Counted from the stretch's first letter, positions 48,548 to 62,001 are shown. The stretch: DNA of 64,000 bases from Neoconidiobolus thromboides FSU 785 (GCA_025603075.1 MU626329.1:33102-97101), one strand, 5' to 3'. Numbers and translations are program-made. Notes: generated by a model from the letters alone, not told the origin.

Positions 48548-49211
48548 CAAATAACAATTCAACGAAGAATTATAGATTTAAATAATTTACATGGAACAAT
48601 AGAGATTGAAATACAAAATCAAAGTAATGAATTTATCTGTGGAGTTTATTTACAAAATTTACCGTGGATATTGCAACCGTATTTGTCCTCTATGAAAATG
48701 GCAATTAACGAAAGAGAATTTAAATCAATTGATTTCAATCAATTAAATAACTCCAATAAGACAATAACAAATATAGTTAATTTATCTTATCAACCAGCTA
48801 AAGATCAAGAATATTTATCTAGCTTAGAATTGAAATTAAATCTAAAGCCAAAATCAAAAGTTACATTAAGACTCAATTTTATTGCTAAATTTTTGTCGAT
48901 TAATCAATATCATCCAGATTCTCAAAAAGGTTTTTCTATTAGGTAATATTATTTAATATCATTCTTTTGTATTATTACATATTAATCTTTTTTATTCTAG
49001 TGCTGGTATTTTTACCGTATTAAATAACAATAATGACCTTAATCCTTATTATTACACCACAAACTTAATATTATTTTGGCCTACCCCTGACTTTTCAATG
49101 CCATATAATGTAGCTACTTTTACGTGTACAATCTTTGCATTATTATTTGGAGCCATATTCAATGCCATTCATAGGGAATTTTATTTAATTGAAAAAGTAA
49201 AACAAAATTAA
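47422..49211 (+). CDS. GPI16: GPI transamidase subunit Gpi16/PIG-T, multi-exon
   Basis: Signal peptide; LSGMFCTAL; ICTENLRPFINLLPC; QYHPDSQKGF; PTPDFSMPYNV near the C-terminal TM. Confidence 0.92.
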
Positions 49212-49273
49212 ATAAAAATAGTAAATATGATAAAAATAATTGTAGGCTTTGTAAGAAGTTATTATTATCATTA

Positions 49274-51079
49274 TTATTCAATTTCAATTTCGGAAATGGA
49301 TAAGAGCTAGTTAATAATACTTTAATAAGTTTGATATTCTATAATTATAATAGATTCAAGTTACCGTATCACAATAAGGACATTTGCCAAACCAAACATG
49401 ATAACTTTGTCTTGAAGTAGGTAAATGTTTAATAGCCTATATTTTGACAATTTGTTATTAAAATTTAATCATTCTTAATATAAAATTACTTGTAATAAAC
49501 ATTGATGATGATAAATTTTATTGCAATAATTATTACTACAAACAAAAGTTGGGGCTTGAGACTTATCTAATTTTGTTAAATATTCCTCTGAATTCATTTC
49601 TTCATTTAAATAACTAATTTCGGTTTTATAACAATAACAGATACCACATTCAATAGTAGGTTGACCGTTATTTGTTGTAATTGCACGTTGAAATTGAAAA
49701 TCAATTTGTAATATTTGTATTAAATTCTTATAAACAGTAAGTGAAGTATCCCTATAATTTTAAAAAAGGTGAACTAATTTTATAATATAATATAATATAA
49801 TATAATATAATATAATATTATATAATATAATATAACACAATATAATATAATATAATATAATATAATATAATATAATATTATATAATATAATATAACACAA
49901 TATAATATAATATTAAAATTCTGCTTACCATTTCTCTACATTCTCTTTTAATTTCTGATTCCATTTGACTACTTTATTACCAAAAAATAGAATCTTTGGT
50001 AGATTAAAAGGTTTTGATGGAGCAATTTCAACTTGTAAAAAACTCAATTCTTCAATTTGTATTCTTCTAATACAATCTTTAGTCGTAGCTGGATCTGGTT
50101 CAATTATTTTACAATTATCATCTAATTCTTGTAAGATTCTATAAAAGTCAGTGTAACTAAAAATTAACTAATAAATGTGTTAATAATATTACTATTTACA
50201 ATTTAGTAAATAATTAAAATTTACTCGTTTAACCTCAGGTAATATTAATTCAAACCATAATTGCTTTTCATTTTGTTTACAAATATTATTCAGTGCTAAC
50301 ATCTGTTGACTATATTTAGGTAAATTGATATCAATTACCGGTGGTATTTTTGGATATTCTGAACTTATTTCTACTTGTATTAAAAATAATTTATTAATAT
50401 ATCTATAATATGATATATTGTTTCTATTAGTATTATTGTTTATTTAATATTGAATTTAATTACTCGAATTCAAATTGAAATTTATTAAAGTGTTGATTTA
50501 AATTAACTATTTTATTCCAACCAATAAATTCCAATTCATTGACTAAAATTGGTAAATAACTTGGTAACTGTCTTTTACTTAAAGTTCTATGTTCTATTGA
50601 ATTATTCTGTTTTAATAATACTATATCTGAGTCCCTTTTTTGATACTAAAATAAATCAAATAATTAAGTATATATTAACATAACAAATTGAATATTCAAT
50701 ATTACTATTTCATTTTCTATTTCTTTCCAAAATAAATCCAAATTATTATGTTGTTTTAATTTCTATATTTTCTACTTTAAGTGTTGACTGTTATTCAATT
50801 TACTAAACTTACAATTTCTATAATATCATTATAAGGTTCTAATAGCATCTTTAATTCATCATCAAATGTAAACTTAATTCCCAATTGACTTAATGTTTTA
50901 TGATTATTTTTATTATATTCTTTAGTTAATTGAACCTGTAAATAATATTCATGATTCTAAGTTGAAGATTAAGATATTTTATATAAGCTTAAAAAAGTTA
51001 AAGACATTACAAGTAAACAAATAAAGCCATGCCATCTCGTCAAGTCAATGTTGGCGGGTAGTAAAATTTTAGAAAACAT
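49274..51079 (-). CDS. FANCL: FANCL-like E3 ubiquitin ligase, multi-exon
   Basis: N-term LLPANIDLTRWHGFI..YYLQVQL (cf. human LLPQNRSKTVYEGFI..FHLRIVL). C-terminal RING ECGICY..CSNNYCNKIYHHQCL..LPTSRQSYHVWFGKCPYC. The final intron is inferred; without it the stop is at 49356. Confidence 0.85.
49781..49912. repeat. (TATAA)n microsatellite inside a FANCL intron
   Basis: More than 20 TATAA units, including a duplicated 60-bp higher-order unit. Confidence 0.9.
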
Positions 51080-52647
51080 AAAGTTAAAAAAGAAAAAGAA
51101 AAAAGTTTAGTTGAATCTTTTTCAACTAATATGATTGTAAAAATGAAATCTCAACATAAATAAATGCAAATTTTTATTAAATATTATTATAAATACAATC
51201 CTATATCATCAATCATTGCACCCCTAATCAAATTATGAAAAGTGGCGCACCCAAGACTGTTGACACTAACCTTCTCTCATCTCTTTACGGCTTAATAGTT
51301 TTCACTGAATTAAAAACTTAAGTGCTTTTATAGAAATGTTGATTTTTTAAGTGTTGTAAAGCTTTATCATGTGAACATCCATCCTATTAAATAGAGACAT
51401 TTTTGGTAATTTGATATTGTGGGTTTAATTAAGCATTAGAAATGACATGTGTGGATGTTTTCTAGGATTGAATGTGGGATTTAGATCTTTAAAAACTAAA
51501 ATATTCTTTGCAAGTTTAAATTCAATTGTTGCATTATTTTAACAAATTGTTATGGTAGAAGTAGTTTTTAACATTTGTAAAAATCTATTTTGATATTTTT
51601 ATTATCGATATACTATAGTAAATATTAATTCATGCGTTGGTTTCATATAAATAGTGGGATTTATTTCTCTTATTCTATTATTTGATTTAAAATCATGATA
51701 CTATTTAAAAAGCTTGAGTTTCTATCTTTGTAAAATATGGAAGCTGGTAATTTGTGTAATTCAATTTATTTATGTTAAGCGATACCATTTATAATCCAAT
51801 TTTCAAAGATTATATATTCAATGCAAATAATTTCAAATTTCTAATTAACTATTTTTTGGTTAGAAATATCAAAATGGAATTTAGTTAAAGAATTGATATT
51901 GAAGTTAAGTTAGGTAAAGCTGTAAGATAGGAACCAAAAAAATAAAAAAATAATAACTATTTTGAGTAAGAATTCCCCTTTGACTATTTACCAAGTGTAT
52001 TCGTTGAATATACTCGATTTATTCAAAATATTGACTTTGCTCTTGTTTTTAACAATTTCTACTATGGCTGCATTCTTTTGGAAGCCAGCTTAGTACTTAC
52101 TTTTATTGAAACTGAATGGTATAATAGTGAATTGATTGAGCAATTGTTTAACTTGGTTAAAAATACTAGGAAAAAGAGCAAAGATATGAGTTTTTAGGCT
52201 ATAATCTATAGTATCTATCATTTTGTTTAGTTGTTTTAGTGAAGATATAGTACATTGAATACAATAGTATTCATTTATGATATGAAATTAGTTTTTTATA
52301 TAATAAAAAAGGTTCAAAGTAAAAGAATCTTACCTTTAGTAATAAAATGATACAAAACTAGCTCTCAAGGCTTTTAATAATAATAATTAGAACCAAATAG
52401 ATTTTTATAACAGATAAAGTAATAATAAAAATTCTTGGTAATTCTTATTTTGTTAATCTTGTCTAATCTTATCTAATCTTGTCTTCTTCTATAATAAAAA
52501 AGTAACGCTAAAAACAAGATATAGTTTGTCGTTAACTACAAAATGAATTACAATATTTATACTTAATTTCATTCAACATCAATTATCAATCTCTTATTTA
52601 ATAATACTATGCTATTTTTTATTAACAAAATAAAATTCTTCTATTGT

Positions 52648-53215
52648 CTATAACTCATGTTCAGCTAATAACATATTAGCAATACCATCTTTAATTGCGA
52701 ATGGATGTTGACAGTTATTACATACCATTAAACCGGATTTGATTTGAGTCTAAAATAAAAAAATTCCGTTATATTAGTATCTTTTACTCTTCTATGAATT
52801 TTTGATATTTTAAATATTGGGATTTTACTTTTTAGGAGATTGATACTTACCTCTAATAATATATTATGTAATAATCTTAATAAATCTTCATCTAAATGTT
52901 CTGGTAAACTTTCAGGAAGTCCAGGGAGACCTAACTAATAAAATTAAGTAATTAGTGATTACTTCCAAACCTTGTCTTTCTTCTATCTATTATCGTCTAT
53001 AACACTTATTATGATCTATAAAAAAGACTTTTTACCTGATAAGCTGTAATTTTCAATGCATCATAATCAATTCGATCCAACATATTTACAATAAATTGTT
53101 GATTAAATTCTGTATCAATCGATTCTAATTCTACTTGTTCTAATTTCAATGGATAGTTATCCGTTAAACAATTTTTAACATTGCATTTTAACATATTATG
53201 GGTAAGTAATCTCAT
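52648..53215 (-). CDS. TRM112: Methyltransferase activator Trm112, multi-exon
   Basis: MRLLTHNMLKC..YPL, F..NMLDRIDYDAL, LHNILLE|TQIKSGLMVCNNCQHPFAIKDGIANMLLAEHEL*. Confidence 0.95.
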
Positions 53216-53481
53216 TGTTAATATTTGATATTTGATTTCTTTATTAATAAAAAAAGTTCTTAGATTTTGAACTTAAAAATCCTTAACACAATTTCATATT
53301 TGAAACAATATCTCATTGGCTATTCCACTCAAAAAATATTCAACTATTCCAACATTAAAGATGATGTTTCAATACTATTAAAAATATTCGAAAAATCAAA
53401 ACATCCGCCATAAAAAATTCATTAAATAATCTTAATTTCCTTTATTAATATAAAAATAAGCGTTCATTTTCCTGATCCTAT

Positions 53482-54075
53482 TTAATTTTGCGCCTGGTGT
53501 TGATTACCCTGATGAAACTGGACATTTCTATTTGCTGGCTCTTTTTTAGTAGTTGAATTAGAAATTGGTGCTTCAATAGCTGGGGACACCAAGAGTGGAG
53601 TATTCTGATAACTAGCGGCCATAAGAGAATGAAACTTGGGATCATTAGCTAAAGCATTAAATGACAAATTTTGATTATTTTGAGGAAGGTGAGGATCTGG
53701 ACGAATATAATCATCTCTTGGTAATAAATCGATTAAAAAATCAAATTGATCCGATCGAGCTAAGGCAGCACTCACATCGCTTCTTTGTAAAGTTCTTCTT
53801 CTATTCTCTTCCGCATGTTGCCAAGCGCGGATCGTTATTTCACTAATAAAAATTTCACATGCTTTAGCGAATAAAATAGGCGCTTCACTGGAAATCATTT
53901 TAACTTCACGATCGCTTTTCATGACTTTTTTAATTCTTGCTAAGGGCAATGGCTGTGTTTTAGGATCCAAATCACAGTAATGTGCTGCTTCATATTCGTG
54001 CCCCCAAAATTGTTGTAATAGATATTGGAGTGTATGCCCTTTAGATACAAAGCCAGCTGGGTTCATATTGTTCAT
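53482..54075 (-). CDS. HAP5: CCAAT-binding factor subunit C (NF-YC/Hap5)
   Basis: LPLARIKKVMKSD..MISSEAPILFAKACEIFISEITIRAW..RRTLQRSDV..DQFDFLIDLLPR histone fold. Confidence 0.95.
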   Translation of the reverse strand: MNNMNPAGFVSKGHTLQYLLQQFWGHEYEAAHYCDLDPKTQPLPLARIKKVMKSDREVKMISSEAPILFAKACEIFISEITIRAWQHAEENRRRTLQRSDVSAALARSDQFDFLIDLLPRDDYIRPDPHLPQNNQNLSFNALANDPKFHSLMAASYQNTPLLVSPAIEAPISNSTTKKEPANRNVQFHQGNQHQAQN

Positions 54076-54085
54076 TCAAGTTTTG

Positions 54086-54322
54086 ATTGGTAGACAGTAT
54101 AAGAGTTGGTCCAATGGAATTCCACTCTTTTATACTTTAAATATTGTAAGATGATGAAAGTGATGATATTATTGGTGGGGTAATGTTACAGTTTTTATAA
54201 TGATTGGCCAAGATTAATGAATTAGAAGTGAATCTTGAAAATAATTCAATATTAATTGGTCGACAATGACTTGGCTTGTGATTCCCATTACATGGCTTGA
54301 AATTAAGTAATCAAGTGATTGG
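54086..54322. promoter_or_regulatory. Cluster of six CCAAT boxes in the HAP5/ZNHIT2 bidirectional promoter
   Basis: ATTGG at 54086, 54171, 54203, 54255 and 54318, CCAAT at 54111; TATAAAA on the HAP5 strand near 54130. Confidence 0.6.
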
Positions 54323-54353
54323 ATTATTAATATTAACTTAATTTTCGATAAAA

Positions 54354-55650
54354 ATGATTAGCGAAATTAATACCAATAACGATAATAAAGAAGATAAACA
54401 ATGTAGAATGTAGGATAATATAGACTAGTAATAATAAAAATTATTTAACAATAGTTATTTTTAGATGTTTTAAATCGAAAGGAAATTATTCTTGTCCAAA
54501 ATGTAAAATAATGTATTGCAGTTTAACTTGCTATAGAAATGAAGTAAGTCTCTTTTTTTAACAATTATTGTTTTTAATTATAAAATATTAATGTATATTA
54601 GAAACATCTTCAATGTTCTGAAAAATTTTATCAACAACAGGTAGAAGAAGGTTTTCAAGGATTAACTATTGATGAAGAAGAAAAAGAAAAGATGATTAAA
54701 TTATTAAGAAGGTTTGAAGAACAAAGTATGGATAAGGAAATTGATATGAAAGACTTAGAAAACTATTTTTTGAATGGAGGAGAAGGTAACTTAATTGTAC
54801 TAATTACAATAAGAAATATTTGTTTTAATTATTGATGTTTTTATATAAAGAAGAAGAAATTTTTGATAAATTTGAAGGAAAGAATTTAGATGAATTAACT
54901 TATGATGAAATATGGAATGAATTAAGCGAAAAAGAAAGAGATGAATTCCAACAATTAATAAAAAACAAAGAAAATATTGGTGATATAATAGAATTTGATT
55001 TGCCTTGGTGGGAATCTAAAGAAGCTGAGATTAGATTTAAAAAAAGAAATAATTTAATTGATATTCAGCCAGTGAAGTTGCCATCAAACTTAAATCATTC
55101 AATTATTATGATTAAAGTAATTAATTTAGCTTATACTTATTTTATAACTTATCGATTATTTGGGGGTGATTTGAAGCAAAATCAGATAGAAAATATACTC
55201 TTACCCCTATTACCAACAATTCTAAAAAAAGATCATCAATTTAATTTAATGGAATTGCATCATTATTTACTAACTAATCCGGAGTGTATCAACTTGTTAG
55301 AAAATAGAGAGACAGTATATTTAGGATGGAAGGATGTTAGTTTAGTATTTAGTCGATGTTTTCATAAATTAAAGAAAAAGAAGTTAGTATCAATAGTAGA
55401 AGTAGATCTGGAAATAAAAAACCAAGAAGATAATGAGTTTTATGTTTTATTAAAAGAATTATATAAAGTGAGTCAAATGAAGTGTCATAGCAACCAACAA
55501 GAAATGAGACAATTACAGATGAGTATTAAATTCTTATACACTTATTTAATCTCTTGTTTTATCCAACCTAATCATGAAATTATGCAAATTTGGTCCAATT
55601 ATTTATTGCAAATTCAACATTTATTATTAGAAAATCAATTTACTCAATAA
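54354..55650 (+). CDS. ZNHIT2: HIT-type zinc finger protein (ZNHIT2-like), multi-exon
   Basis: CRI|CFKSKGNYSCPKCKIMYCSLTCYRNE|KHLQCSEKFYQQQV, then MIKLLRRFEE and PWWE. The last exon is the 54832-55650 ORF. Confidence 0.7.
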
Positions 55651-55761
55651 AATACAACAAAACAAAATAAAATAACACAAATAAAAATAAAATAAAATAA
55701 TACGAATAAACAATAATAGAATCAGTTTTTTATTTAATTTATTTACTATAAAGATTGTTAT

Positions 55762-57318
55762 TTATTCTTCTGGTATATTTTTATTAGCGGGTGGTGGAGT
55801 TAGCATAGGATTTGGTTTCAAAGGTAATAAATTAGGAGTATTAGGAGTGGAAATGGGTAGATTTTCGATATTAGGAAATTGTAAATTTAAAAGTGGTAGT
55901 ATATCATCTTTTAAATCATCTAAAATAGTTTCAAACCCAGATCTAGTCCTTAACAAATCAATCCCATAATTCCATAATTCATTTAATTGTTGTTTATTAT
56001 TACAAAAAGAAGTCAACTCATTTAATACCTGTTCTGTTAAATTAGGTGTATTATTTTTAATTAAATTATTATTATTTAATCGATTAATTTCAAATAAAAA
56101 CCCAGATTGATTGGGTAATAGTTGAATTAAAATCATACCAGATGGATGCATATATTGAGTTCTTTCATAATTGCTTTTAGTATATGAATAAGTAGCTTTA
56201 ACTTGTGAATGACTTAAATAATTATCTTGTTCTACATCTAGAACAAAATTAAATTTTTTCATTACTAATCTACTAAAAAAATTATCAGGTATAGCTGCTT
56301 TAATACCAGGTATAATTAGGTGTTGTGTAATAGATATTAAATTAGGTGGATTTAAACTATAATTTATAATAATTGGACAACGAAATGGATACTCATTAGA
56401 AATTAATGGGGTTTGAGAAACAGGTGTTTCAATCAATTTCAAATGACATTTTTCTGCAACTCTTGACCAAGTTTGTAATAAATCTTCAATTAATCTAGAA
56501 GTACATCCTAACCAATGAATTTGAAAATGATAGGCTAAATTAATATTATAAATTGAATCATAATGTAAATAACATATTTCTTCTCGACTAGATTTTTTAT
56601 TTATATCTAAATCAATTGTTACACTTTGTGATAAATTAATTATTATTTGATTATTATCTTGTAAATCCATAGGATTATTATCTAAATTTAATATATGATT
56701 GTTATTTGTATAATTATTATTTGTGTTACTATCATTTGTATTATTTATATTATTATTGTTATTATTTATATTATTGTTATTATTATGATCATTTGAACTT
56801 GATGAATTAGGTCTGGTATTTCTAAACCAAGATAAATTAGTTTTATTTTGACTATTATTTTGATTATTATTTGATAAACAATAGTTGTTAGTAAATATAT
56901 AAAAGAAATGTCCATCTAAAAAAGAATGATGTTTTCTACAATGAATAAATAAACCTCTTTTCATCAAATCATTTCCAAATTTAACAGCTTCTTCTCGAGT
57001 ATTGATATTATTTATATTTCTTATTATCCAATCTACAATTTCATTACCAACCATACAATTTTCATAATTAATTAAATGCCATCGACGATCCATTATTTTT
57101 AAAGTACTTTGATTATTTTGCATTGCTTGAGCAATTGAACTTAACTTAGATTCTTTGCTTAATTTGTCTGATGAATTCATTAAATGGAATCCGCCTCTTC
57201 TTTTAATAATTGTATTTTTCATTTTTCTAGCTTCACTTCTTAAATAGGCACTTGGTGTTAATGTTGTAAATTGAATATTTAATTGATTTATACTAGTTTC
57301 TAATCCTTTTTTTTGTAG

Positions 57319-57377
<59 letters not shown>

Positions 57378-57462
57378 CACTGTTAGATTGTTTCATTACT
57401 TTTTGAAATTGTTCTAAAAATTTAGAAAAACAAGTTAATCTAAATTCTTCATCATCTAATTG

Positions 57463-57497
<35 letters not shown>

Positions 57498-60400
57498 TAG
57501 TACAATCAATAGGTAATAAAGCAAATCTTGCTCTCCAAAACCTTAAACCTTCAGTAATTTCTTCTTGATAACCAGATATTAAATGATCTAAATAATTCCA
57601 ATTATAAGCATTTAAATTAGGATATGAAAATACGATTTCTCTTCTTGTATATGAATTTCCTGTTTTTGGCCATATTTCTCCAATATATTTAATTGCTCTT
57701 GTTGAATGTTGTATTCTTCTTACATATCTTTTAACTTCAATATTTTGTCCAGATGGATCATATGTTAATCGATGGATATGGTTACCCATACTAAGATAAG
57801 TTGGTTGCATATAATTTATTGTGTCCGATAAATTAAATTGATCATTGTTATTACTATTGTTATTATTACTAATATTTATATTATTATTATTATTTAATAA
57901 ATTACTATTATTATTATTAAATAATTTGATATTATCTTCATCAGGTTGAAATCCACTAACTACTTTTTGAGGTTTGTTTAAATCATTATGATTATCAAAT
58001 ACAATTAATTGAAAGCCTTGAGCTAATCTTTGACTAATTAACTCTTTTAAAAATAAAATTACATTATATTTTATAACTTCTTTTTCTCGGTTATAATCTA
58101 AATTCTCATCATTAGGGGAAACCGTATAAGTATATTCTTGATAAGATTCAGATAATTCATCTAATGTAGGAAAAGAATCTGTAGTTAAAGGTAAACAAGC
58201 AGGAGAACATAAAGAGATCCATTTAGTTGTTTCTTTAAAATTGCTTTTTAAATAAATATGCCGCCATCTTCCCATAGGATTAGTTATTGGTAAATTATTT
58301 TTAGTTATATTACATGGATTTAATATAATTTGTTGATCTAGATTACGTGGATTATTAATTTTTGGTGACATTTTTCCTAAAAATTTATATGTTTCACTAA
58401 CAGGTGAAGATCTATAAGAACCATTATAACTTTCTTTTGGTGATGTATGAAAACTTCTTGGTTCTGGTCTTTTAAAAGATACAATTGGCATTGGTTTACT
58501 ATTTGTTATTAATGTTGATTTATTATTAATATTATTTATGTTGTTTAACAAATTATTATTATTATCTAATAAATTATTATTAATATTATTATTTCTATTT
58601 AACAAATTACTATTATTGGAATGAGGGGAGTTATTGTGTTGTTTCATTACATCATTGATAGTCATTGACCTAGGTAAACTACGAGAAATTGGTGAAGATA
58701 AAGAATCTAAATTTAATAAATTTATTTTTTCTTCTAAACTCCTTAATGCTTCTTTTTCATTAATCAAATTAGGTGATAGTTTTTGCTCTGATTTACTATC
58801 GATATTTAATTCTTTATTGTTGTTATAATTATTATTAATTGTTCTAAGATGAGATTTAATCCTTATTTTTCGTTTATCTGTTCCACAAAATATTTGAGAA
58901 TCATATTGTTCATAAAAAGATTGATATTTTAATAAAGAGCAATTATTATTATTATTGTTTTGGTTATTATTATCATTATCATTGTCATTACTATTTTGAT
59001 TGTTATTATTATTTTGTTCATATTCTTTATCATGAAATAAATTATCCGTTGATTTAACAGTAATTTGATTCAATTCATTTGAATTTGAATTTGAATTTGA
59101 ATTTGAATTCGTTAATAAATTAGTTTTACTTAGTATTAAACTATTACTTATATCTTTGGTATTAAAATTAAGATAAGGAATTGGAAAAATAGATTTAGAT
59201 TCCCCATGAATACCAATACTTTGTAAAGTAGGTAATTTACAACGAGGTATAAAGTTATTATTATTATTTAAAGATAAATTAGTATAATTATAATAACTAA
59301 TTTCCACCCAATGAGGAATAGCAAAATAACTAAATTCCTTATTATTATCTAAATATTCATCTTCATCTAAAAATAGTAAATCTCGATTTTCTAATTTTAA
59401 ATCATTTTGTCTTGTATCAAACAAATCTTGTCGATTTGATTTGCTATTATCTGTTCCAATACTCAATCGATCTAATTTAATGTTATTATTACTATTATTA
59501 TTACTACTGTTATTATTGATATTAATATTAGTGGATGGTATTTTTGATTGAAATTGAAATAATGGAGTTATATGATAAGGTGGTTTAGATAGACAAACTA
59601 AATCTAATGATATTCCATTATCATTCATTCTTTCAAATGTCATCCTTAATAATTTTTTATCTACTTGAAATAATCCATTATTAGGAGTAACTACCATTAC
59701 ACATAACCCAGTACGAATTAAATCCCTATCTACATAATGACGATCAAATCCATTTAATGCTAAGTTCAATGCTTCTAATAAATTCCCATTACCACTCTTT
59801 GAATTTTGACCAATAATATCAATTTTATTGTCATTTTGAACTTCCATTATATTTTTTAAATAGTACATAAATTCTAATTTAATTTGTTTAATTAAACTAC
59901 TCCATTCATTTCGAGTTTCAAAATCTACTACTACTTTATAATAATCTTTAAAGTATTGACCACTCGATTCTAGTTGTTCTGCATTAACTAATTCGGCTTG
60001 TTCAGCTGTATAAAACATACGATTAAATAAAATAATACTAACTACATGATTAGTTCCTAATTTTTTCCAACGATCCATTAAATCAGGTAAAAAACCATCT
60101 AATATTTTTTCGGAATATAAAAAGCCGTCTTCTTCAAAATCGAACAATTCCGAACTCATTTGAATAAATAGATAATATCTTGCTGATTCTGATCGAAAGA
60201 TTAGTTTGGTATTTTTATCAATAAATCCACAACTATATTCCTCTTCTGATATAATTATATTTTTAATTTGTACTCGAATACATCCTGCATACACTATTTT
60301 TTTTCCTACATGAACACTGCTATGTAATAAACTCATTTTTAATCGCCACATATCATTTCGTCCTAAATATTGATCTTTAAATCCTATTTCAACGTAATCT

Positions 60401-61292
60401 GCTGTTACTTGTCCTTTTTCTACCTTTAAATTAAAAAGGTTGATAAATAATATTATTTAAATTCTTTTCTTTTAACTTTACCTTTTCAACAATGACACTA
60501 GTTCTATTTTTTAAAGCAAATGTATTAGCAATAGCATTAGAAATCGATAATTGTAACAAAGGTTGTTTTGATAATATATTTTTATCTAATGAAGAAGCCA
60601 TAATAATTAATTCATTATGAATCGTTTTCTCTTCTATTTCATATCTTAATAAACAAGATTCTTTTTATAACTAATTATTAAAACTCACTATTTCCATTCC
60701 CTTTTGCATTAATGTTTTTACCATTACTTTTCTCTGGATGATAAATCCTAATTAAATCATTTGGTTGTATTGTTGGGAAATAATCTGGATTTAAAACCAC
60801 TTCATTTTTACTAAATTTATCGTCATGAACCCATAAATTATAAGTAGGAATCTGCTCCTCTGTTCTTCTGCTTTTATCCTCTGATAACAATGGACTTGGA
60901 AACTTTACCTTTTTATCTGAATTATCTTTTTCCATCAATGGCGAGTTAGGCACTGAAAGTTTGAGATTATTGCTACTGGTATTCTTTTGAAATGCTATTG
61001 GTGCCTGTTTTAAAGTGGTTCCATCTATAGATTTTCTATTTGATTTTGAAGATGCAGTGGAATTTCTTTGTATTGTACTTAATTTCATCGTATTTCTGGA
61101 AGCTGTAAAAGTGGAATCAATATCCTTTATTGATGAATCGGTTTCAGGTTCTGAATGGGAAACAAGAAATGGTTAGCTTTAAGATGTAAATTGAAAACGT
61201 ACCAAGTTTTTAATTATCTTACCTTCTTTAATTAAACCTAAAAATCCAGTACGAGAACTTGGTTTATTTGATTTATTAGAATTTGTACTCAT
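55762..61292 (-). CDS. IML1: GATOR1/SEACIT subunit Iml1 (DEPDC5), multi-exon
   Basis: IFRSESARYYLFIQMSSELFDF, NLLEALNLALNGFDRHYVDRDLIRTG, CSPACLPLTTDSFP, ELISQRLAQGFQ, DEP domain DRRWHL..NCMVGNEIVDWI..TREEAVKFGNDLM, FLDGHFFY; many poly-Asn inserts. Confidence 0.95.
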
Positions 61293-62001
61293 CCCTACTT
61301 ATTCTTGTCTAAAAATTGAATTAATTCTTATATTAAGCCTAAATTTAATAATAATGAAATAAATACTACAAATGATTAAATTTTTATCAAAAAAATAACT
61401 TTATTCATTTTCACTTACTATATTTGAAACCTTGGAATTTATTTATGAAGTAGCAAAATGTCAAAATTAAAGTTCAATTGTGCAATATTTAGGTAATAAT
61501 TTAATAAACCTTTAGCCATAAATTTACTAAAGTTTAAAGGCTCTAGGCTTTAAAAAAGAAAAATCAGAAGTTAAGAGTAAAAAACCTTTTCTGTTTAACC
61601 CTTGCAAAATTTATTTATTTCTATAGTTAGAAAAAGTGCTAATCGAAAAAAACAATCAAGAAGCTTAAAAGTTTAGAAAATAACATGTGTATGGTAAATG
61701 CTAGTATTAGTATTAGTATTAGAGTTCGGGTTTAGCTCTTGATTAATTAAAACGGTTTAATCAACTTATGTTCACTTATTGTCTAAAACTTAATTCTTTA
61801 CCAAAACGAATCAAAATTTGAAGAAAGTCCTTATCCTTCATGACTACCACCAAAAAAAGTAAACGAATAAATAATAGCTAAAATTCTATGAGAAATAGCA
61901 CTTTTAAATTTTAGCGATAATAAAAAATCAATTATGAGTATGTTAAAAATAACAAATTTTATTCAGTTGTAGGAAAAGAAAATCGAACTCTTTGTAGTTA
62001 C

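Noticed and set aside
51250-51295. Minus-strand GAGAGAAGGTTAG resembling U6atac snRNA
   Set aside because: The AAGGAGA box and the catalytic AGC triad are not intact (ATGAGAG..TTAGTG), and the downstream U6atac stem is absent.
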